From Anneissia japonica (lineage: Eukaryota): a DNA stretch of 14,861 nucleotides. This document shows positions 8,738-14,861 of this stretch, piece by piece; position 1 is the first letter of the stretch; every line of letters starts with the position of its first letter. The notes beneath the pieces were generated by a model that worked only from the letters and a program-made list of their open reading frames with translations, did not search any database and was not told the origin of the DNA. The stretch is from positions 40,517-55,377 of the forward strand of contig NW_022688036.1 in the NCBI RefSeq assembly GCF_011630105.1, read 5' to 3'. Position numbers and translations under genes: made by a program.

Positions 8738-9086
8738 GTAAATCAATCTATTGATATAATCCCTTCTTTATCTGGTAAATTTATCTGGTTAAATGTTTTT
8801 GTCACAGCCTTTGAAAGAGATCAATAATACTGTAGATTTTTTATTATTTTATATTTTTTTATAATATTATTAGTAATTTAAATTCTGTCTATTTTACCAG
8901 TGTGCTCGTTATTCCATCAATTTATATTAAGTTTTGCTCTGTAAGTCAAAGGTGATGGGTTTAGGGTATTAACACTTTGAAGAGGTTTAGTAGGATGAAT
9001 TCATGCTTCGTATTAATTACCATCAAACCATATGCCATGTATACATCATTTTAATTTTTCTATCAATTTTTTTTTCTGAAATTCAG

Positions 9087-9155
9087 GTGTGTCCAGTGAT
9101 AGTTTACAATCATCAACTGCATTTGGGAGTTCTGCAGTACACGGACGACCATTTG
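9087..9155 (+). CDS. Exon E8, FG cassette type 2 paralogue of E5 with a 30-nt in-frame deletion (phase 1/1): (G)-VSSDSLQSSTAFGSSAVHGRPF-(G)
   Basis: Acceptor is tttttttttctgaaattcag| and donor is |gtaaatcaatctattgatatag. The exon is 69 nt and the frame is preserved. Confidence 0.65.
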
Positions 9156-9922
9156 GTAAATCAATCTATTGATATAGTTCCTTCTTTATGTTGTAAATTT
9201 AAGTGTGTGTGATTGAGTTAACAAAAATTCTGATTTGATTATTGCATATTATGTATAGACTATGCAATATTACAATTACACAAATTTTCAAATGTAAAAT
9301 AACAACTAGACTTGATTTCAGTACCTAAAATGTCTCCTAATCAGTAAAACTATTAAAAATATATTGATTTTTGCACCAATGGCGTTCCATATTACTTCTT
9401 TGCACCAGTAGCGTTCCATACTATGCTTCTTCTGGATTCTGTGATTCAAATTCAAGAACATAAAAAGTTTCTTGTTATAAATAGGCACTCGTGGCGCTTT
9501 CCGAAAGTTTCTAACACCAGCAAAAATCAATAAATTGGAGACTTGTGGCAAGTCTAAATAACAAGTGACACATACACATTGGTGGCTCCCCTGGAAGTTC
9601 CGAAAAGTGGATTTCTGAAACTCATAATTTGTAATATTCTGTTAAAATTTTCATTCATTTGGGTATCGTTTATGGAGCTAAAGCAGGAGAAATAGAGGGT
9701 GGGGATGCAGAAAGAAATGTTCACAGACCTCACCTTCTGCACCCCCATCCCCCCCTCTTTTTGCCTATGGGCCTGCACATCATGTCTATATATGGGCGTA
9801 CAACAGTTAAAGAAAAAGTCTGTACAGGGGTTTATACAGTTAATTCTAAATTTATAACTGTATGACTCATTTTTTGCTGAGCCCTCACAATTATTAAAGA
9901 TTTTTTTTTATATTGATACTAG

Positions 9923-10117
9923 GAGCAATGAGATCATCTTATAATGTATTACCACGACCATTTAGTGGCACTTTTGCAAAACCAGGACTACCGAGGGCCG
10001 GCATTCCTCCAACACTACCAACACTAACCGGTGTACCTCCTCCTCCTCCACCACCTGGACTAAGTGGTGCACTTTCATCAGGATCGTCACCCATACACAT
10101 CAAACCTCATATTTCAG
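9923..10117 (+). CDS. Exon E9, polyproline exon (phase 1/1, 195 nt): (G)-AMRSSYNVLPRPFSGTFAKPGLPRAGIPPTLPTLTGVPPPPPPPGLSGALSSGSSPIHIKPHIS-(G)
   Basis: Acceptor is ttttttttttatattgatactag| and donor is |gtatgatc at 10118. It corresponds to six-frame ORF 9913-10128. Proline is encoded by a mix of CCT, CCA and CCG codons, so this is not a pure microsatellite. Confidence 0.75.
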
Positions 10118-11379
10118 GTATGATCTAAATTTTCTGCAGACAAACTATATAGGAATGTAGCGCAGGGATCCCAGATTGGAATACGTCACTTATAAGAGAT
10201 TAAATCTATTTAACTTTATTTTGCTGCACCTAGAAAGGAAATATCTCACGAAGTGATACATACCAGTTTGTTTGACCTTTTGCACATTAACCACAAAAAA
10301 AAAGGAATGTTCAGTTTTATGTATTGAATGATGAGGCTTGCAATCCCATTTATTGTATTGTATCATAACTTTGTCAATTCCATTTAATGACCATCATTTT
10401 AAATCTTATAATGTGGAGAATTAGATTCTGGTTTTGGATGGCAATCCTTAATAGACCATTGCACTATTGGTCATATCACCTACTGTATAGTAGGTGTAAA
10501 TTGTAAACTGGCTGCACGAGTAATGTGCTCAGTAATAGGAAAAACGTGTGGCTTCTTCTGATTGTTTCTGATGTAAAGGCTACAGCAGATAGTTGCAGAT
10601 GTTGATTAATGTTATTTAAAATGCTAGTAAACTATACCGAATTGATTGTAAATTGAACTTCAGAATTTTGTCGTAATGGTTTGTTAATGCTCCAAAAGAT
10701 GCTGGCCCCAAACACTGAGATTTTTAAGAAATGACAGTCTTAGCAGGGAGGTATAAAAATAAGACCCCTGCATACCTAGAGCCTGTTTAGGTGTGCAAAA
10801 GTGTCTTCGATCCGCGAAATGTGATTTTCACACGCTACAACTTCTAGGCCAGCTAAGTTTTACGAATGAGCACATACATTTCAAAGCATATGAAGCACAG
10901 AGAACACTAAAATTTGCAGTAAATACACTATTTTTCACAATCCTAGTGCCTTTCTTTGCCAACTATTTCTCAAATTAATTGTCGGCATTTGTTTTTGCAA
11001 CCATTAACATTACCTTTTCGTATACTTCCACACTTATCGCATTGTAAATTCTCCATAGCTATTCTTACTATATGTCTGTCAAGTGTCCAACTCTAAACAA
11101 ACCTCGTGGAATGGGTTTATTGTTTTCTTCTTTTTTTTTATTATTCTAGTAAATATTCCTTTCTATGCAGGTATTTTTAAATGGAACAAATTCTATTGCA
11201 CATCATTCACGGCCTGTCAGTTTTCGTCCATATTATACATTTAGTAAAAGTTGACAATTGTAAACAAGTACCACTTTTTTATTCATGTACAATAAAATCA
11301 TTTGAAGTATCATCACTTTAAATTTTATACAATCAAAGTATATATTAATAAATAATTAAAAAATAATATATTTTAAAAT

Positions 11380-12045
11380 TTCATATTAGTGATTGAGTTG
11401 ACTAACATTCTCATTTAAAAATAGTTTGTTTTTTATTTATTTATTTTTTATTTATTTATTTAGGTATACGGTAAAAAGTACAAAAAGCAAAAAAGTCGAA
11501 AGTTATTGCAGTACAAAAATTCAAGAAATCTAAATATGCATTCAAACAAACAAAAAAATGATATCAAAATATATATTTACAATTTCATCATTTTAAAAAT
11601 ATAAACTTCTTTTTCATTTTTTTTTCCTGTATTATTCATTATTGCAATTACAATTATTATTGAAAATATTATTACCATTTATTTACTGTACATTTATTAA
11701 GTATAGACTATGGTTATTACATTTACACAATTTTTTTAAAGTATTACAACAAATGACCCATAAGCCTTGATCAGTGGTGGATGGTAAAAGCAAGAAGGGT
11801 ATACAGTGTATCCCCTACCTAAAACCATGAAGATTCCTAATTTTATACCTCCATGCTAAAACTAAAACTAAAGAAAAAGAATATATGGTACAGTTTCTCC
11901 GTTTTACTTGGAATTTCTTAGCCACAATCTTCTATACAAATTTTTATTCATTGGAAATACAAATACAATTAATTGGAATAGCAAAGTTTTTCAATCTTTG
12001 GCATACTTTGGTATCTCGGGATAAGTCACACTCGGGCTTATCGCG
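11380..12045. repeat. Repeat family R3, copy 1 (about 650 bp, intronic)
   Basis: About 90% identical to 14292-14861: ggtatacg[g/a]taaaaagtacaaaaagcaaaaaagt…aatttcatcattttaaaaatataaac…gatcagtggtggatggtaaaagcaagaagggtatac…ggtatctcgggataagtcacactcgggc. Its 5' part is homologous to the intron segment downstream of the FG exons (7215-7320 and 9218-9300). Confidence 0.75.
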
Positions 12046-12559
12046 TCATACTCTATCAGCTGCTTAGAATTTCTGCTTGACTGGTTTTCTTTATCAGCCT
12101 ATCGCATATTCAGTGAGTCAATGGAAGTGAGTAAAGCATACCGTACAATGCTTAAGTTTGCTATAGTTCCAACCGCGTGGTGGCATTAGAATAGCCAATT
12201 TAACGCTGGAATGGAAGTGCTGCCTCCAAGAGTATGTGCGCACACTCTTCTTCTCACTTCATCTCTCTATAGCATAATCAAGACCCACCACCAGAGGGCG
12301 CACTATGATTACACCTTACTTGCACAAAACATCATCAAGGGTTAGGTTATTGGCTGATTCTACCTTTACATTAAAAGGTACATCTTGAGAATGAGACAAT
12401 GAAATGCAAAATAACAAATGATAACGGCGACAGATGCAGAAGACCAAGTCCAACAATTTAAAGGTCACACCATGAAATTTGATGCATTGTTAGTGAGATC
12501 ATATCTAAAAATTACGGAAATAGGTGAAAAATAACATAAATTTCAATTTTGATTTCCAG

Positions 12560-12754
12560 AAGTGCTAGCCTATCGTCGTCCTTCTGCACAACTACGTCGA
12601 CGTAGTAGCACACGTAAATACGATGTAGCTCCTCCTCCTCCCTCTCCGCCGCCTGGATCTAGTGGCAGCCTTCCACACCCGCCACCACCAGCACAACAAC
12701 AGAGTCGAATGCCTCCTCCACCACCACCTGCACTAAGCGCAGCTCCTGTTTCAG
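12560..12754 (+). CDS. Exon E10, basic/RS-like plus polyproline exon (phase 1/1, 195 nt): (E)-VLAYRRPSAQLRRRSSTRKYDVAPPPPSPPPGSSGSLPHPPPPAQQQSRMPPPPPPALSAAPVS-(G)
   Basis: Acceptor is tttcaattttgatttccag| and donor is |gtatgttttt at 12755. It corresponds to six-frame ORF 12562-12882. Its length is identical to E9 (195 nt). Confidence 0.75.
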
Positions 12755-13689
12755 GTATGTTTTTATGCAAACGATATGAAGGATTTTTTCGATTCTTTTG
12801 TTTGCTTGTGGATTGCAGGAGGCCATTCCAATTTCTAGGAGATTTTTCCCACATCTTGCAGGATACTTGGGATCACTGGTAATGTAACACAAACAAAATT
12901 ATAGGAGAGATACTGAATAATTGTTTTCAATTCAATTGAATTTATTTGGCATCATTAAAAAGAAAAATATTACAAACATCAAACATTAAAAACATGAATT
13001 TACCAATTTACAACGAGATAGATAAAAAGGCCTGAAGCAAGAAGTTAAAAATTGCAATAATATGTTATTAGTAAAAATGTAAAAATTGTTTTCTTCTGTT
13101 TATCTGGTCAGTATTCCTGGCCATACAGCTATTTTTGTAGGAAACAATTTTATTACAAATCTTTCACCTACTAGCCACACCCACCTTGTAGTGACAATAC
13201 ACAAGGCCAAATAAAAAAAATTACTGTGTCTTGGCCACTGCAGGCACCATTTGCAAATATTAATGTGACATAACCATAGACTTATAATAATTTTTTTTAA
13301 TAGCTCTATGCACGTACCAGTTTTAAAAAAAGTAACAATAACTTAAACATTGTCTATAAAACTGGTATGCCACACTGGCTCCCCAACACGGCATCGGTGG
13401 CTTCACTTATTTCTGTACAATGATTGTCCAATGAGCAAACTTATAATAGTAGTAGAGATCAGTGCCCACTACCTTGTGCAATCACAAGTTCCCTATTATT
13501 AAATTTAGGTGAAGCGCAAATTTAGGTTACGATTTTGTGGTGTCTTTTAAAGTGCTAACGTCGCAGACCTAAATATCTCAAAAACTGATCAGTGGATCTG
13601 AAAGAAACGTTCCAGAATGGTTCGTCATAATCTAAAGGAACAATGATTGAAGGCGCCCAGTGGCTACTGGCTCGCACATAACTAAAAAT

Positions 13690-13765
13690 GCATTCGTGGG
13701 CCAGTTGGTAATATGATATTCGCTTTGTAAGCAAAAGTTCTCTGGTTCAAATCCCAATGGTGATT
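13690..13765 (+). mobile_element. tRNA-derived pol III element (tRNA-Thr(TGT)-like SINE or pseudogene) about 35 bp upstream of exon E11
   Basis: Box-A-like GGGCCAGTTGGTAATATG is present. The anticodon-loop-like cgcTTTGTAAgc has T33, TGT and A37 with an imperfect stem. The T-arm/box-B-like tctGGTTCAAATCCCAatgg is also present. The stems do not close, so it is probably not a functional tRNA. Confidence 0.45.
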
Positions 13766-13798
13766 GACAGTAGTTTTCTATTGAATTGTTTTTTTCAG

Positions 13799-13879
13799 AA
13801 GGAAAATATGAACGGGCATATTATGATGATAGTTATGAACGTAGACTAAATAAAAGGCAAAGCAAAGCTCTTGTTCCAG
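13799..13879 (+). CDS. Exon E11 (phase 1/1, 81 nt): (E)-GKYERAYYDDSYERRLNKRQSKALVP-(G)
   Basis: Acceptor is gaattgtttttttcag| and donor is |gtatgattat at 13880. Only the phase-1 frame is open. The phase-1 exit implies at least one further exon downstream, outside or at the edge of the window. Confidence 0.55.
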
Positions 13880-14291
13880 GTATGATTATACTTTGTAACA
13901 CATTTTTTGCGACAACTTATATGAAGGAATGTAATGCAGGAATCCCAGTTTAGAAAAAGTGATTTCCGGTACATGAAACATATATGTAATTAGGCAAGAC
14001 TTATTTTATACCCTGTTGACGAACCCACTGCCCACAAATATTGAAGATTTCAAATAAAAATAACATTTTATTTTGGTTAATTAGCGCACCTGCTGCAAAC
14101 AAAAAAATTGGAAATTTCTGAAAACAAAATGTTTTTCCTAATTTTTACTATACCTGCCATTGCCTTGGAATATTCAAAAATGATATATGTATTTCTTCCT
14201 AATTACATAAATTTAAAGCATTAAACCATCCCATTACTACCAAAAAAAAAATTTAAAGAATAAAAATTTCTACATATTAGTAGACTCTATA

Positions 14292-14861
14292 ATCGATTTA
14301 TTTAGGTATACGATAAAAAGTACAAAAAGCAAAAAAGTTGAAAGTTAATGCAGTACAAAAATTCAAGAAATCTAAATATCCATTCAAACAAACAAAAAAA
14401 TGATACCAAAATATATATTTACAATTTCATCATTTTAAAAATATAAACTGCTTTTTCATTTTTTTTTTATGTATTATTCATTATTGCAATTACAATTATT
14501 ATTGAAAATATTATCACTATTTATTTACTGTACATTTATTAAGTATAGACTATGGTTATTACATTTACACAATTTAAAAAAAAAAACCCTTGATCAGTGG
14601 TGGATGGTAAAAGCAAGAAGGGTATACATTGCATCCCCTGCCTAAAACCATGAAGGTTCCTAATTTTATACCTCCATGCTAAAACTAAAACTAAAGAAAA
14701 AGAATATATGGTACAGTTTTCTCCATTTTAATTGTAATTTCTTAGCCACAATCTTCTATACAAATTTTTATTCATTGGAAATACAAATACAATTAATTGG
14801 AATAGCAAAGTTTTTCAATCTTTGGCATACTTTGGTATCTCGGGATAAGTCACACTCGGGC
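14292..14861. repeat. Repeat family R3, copy 2 (truncated by the window end)
   Basis: See R3 copy 1. It carries an indel at 14575-14592 relative to 11745-11768. Confidence 0.75.

Larger units (their letters stand above)
7490..9320 (+). repeat. Tandem duplication unit B. It contains FG exons E7 and E8 and lacks an E6 counterpart.
   Basis: See unit A. Relative to unit A, unit B carries about 150 bp of unique sequence (7650-7860) and a 30-nt in-frame deletion in E8. Collinearity ends near 9320, where the E6-equivalent position reads tacctaaaatgtctcctaatcagtaa and hits a stop codon. Confidence 0.85.
2627..13879 (+). other. Span of a multi-exon protein-coding gene model (exons E2-E11). It encodes a disordered protein with a basic Ser/Pro segment, FG repeats and polyproline tracts. 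It probably continues beyond the 3' end of the window and may start at 282.
   Basis: There are ten AG...GT-bounded segments. Each has a length divisible by 3 (93, 63, 99, 99, 93, 99, 69, 195, 195, 81) and each is phase 1 in and phase 1 out. In E2, E4, E6 and E11 the only frame that stays open across the segment is the phase-compatible one. The junction codons are GGA, GCT, GGT, GTA, GCT, GGT, GGA, GAA and GAA. Confidence 0.6.

Noticed and set aside
9694-9758. Imperfect G/C-rich inverted repeat agagggtggggatgcagaaag … cttctgcacccccatccccccctct, a possible pre-miRNA-like hairpin
   Set aside because: The arms pair only partially (about 6 contiguous bp plus scattered G:C pairs), and the G-run and C-run composition makes such a match likely by chance. 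It has no duplicated or conserved context.
9318-9865. Overlapping ORFs 9318-9551(-), 9554-9778(-) and 9659-9865(+)
   Set aside because: They lie in the unique intronic sequence following unit B. They show no homology, no codon bias, no splice context, and they overlap one another. They are treated as noise.
12570-12892. Minus-strand ORFs 12570-12854 (Gly-rich, GGGGGG...) and 12659-12892
   Set aside because: They are the antisense shadow of polyproline exon E10 (CCN read as NGG), and no splice signals or start context support them.
1-14861. A prokaryotic or phage reading of the window (operons, defence islands, CRISPR, integrases)
   Set aside because: The window has no ORF above about 110 aa on either strand. 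It carries pervasive splice-site-bounded micro-exons, tRNA-derived SINE-like elements, long homopolymers and interspersed repeats. The sequence is eukaryotic nuclear DNA, so no bacterial system can be supported.

Overview
This window looks like eukaryotic (probably invertebrate metazoan) nuclear DNA, not a prokaryotic locus. It is AT-rich and has no long ORFs. It carries long poly(T) and poly(C) homopolymers, two tRNA-derived pol III (SINE-like) elements and several interspersed repeat families. It also contains many short open segments bounded by canonical AG acceptors and GT donors. The main feature is a plus-strand, intron-rich gene running from at least 2627 to 13879 and probably beyond the window. 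I reconstructed 10 short exons for it. Every one is a symmetrical phase-1/phase-1 exon with a length divisible by 3. In most of them the only open frame is the phase-compatible one. Together they encode a low-complexity protein of three parts: a basic Ser/Pro segment, two clusters of FG repeats of the nucleoporin type (SFGSS, TFGGF, PFGQP), and two 65-codon polyproline exons (VPPPPPPPG, MPPPPPPA). The FG exons lie in a nested tandem duplication, in which sub-cassettes of about 450 bp (exon plus flanking intron) sit inside units of about 2.0 kb repeated twice. Between the duplicates the exons differ more than their flanking introns do. Upstream, at 282-507, a 75-codon ORF is clearly homologous to the actin N-terminus, including an intact [16 protein letters not shown] block. 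It ends exactly at a GTAAGT donor in phase 1, which is the phase every downstream exon needs. It is therefore either an actin-derived 5' exon of a chimeric gene or an actin pseudogene fragment. I found no prokaryotic defence system, CRISPR array or operon. The points worth a second look are exon-cassette amplification, the actin-fragment exon and repeat-derived intron architecture.
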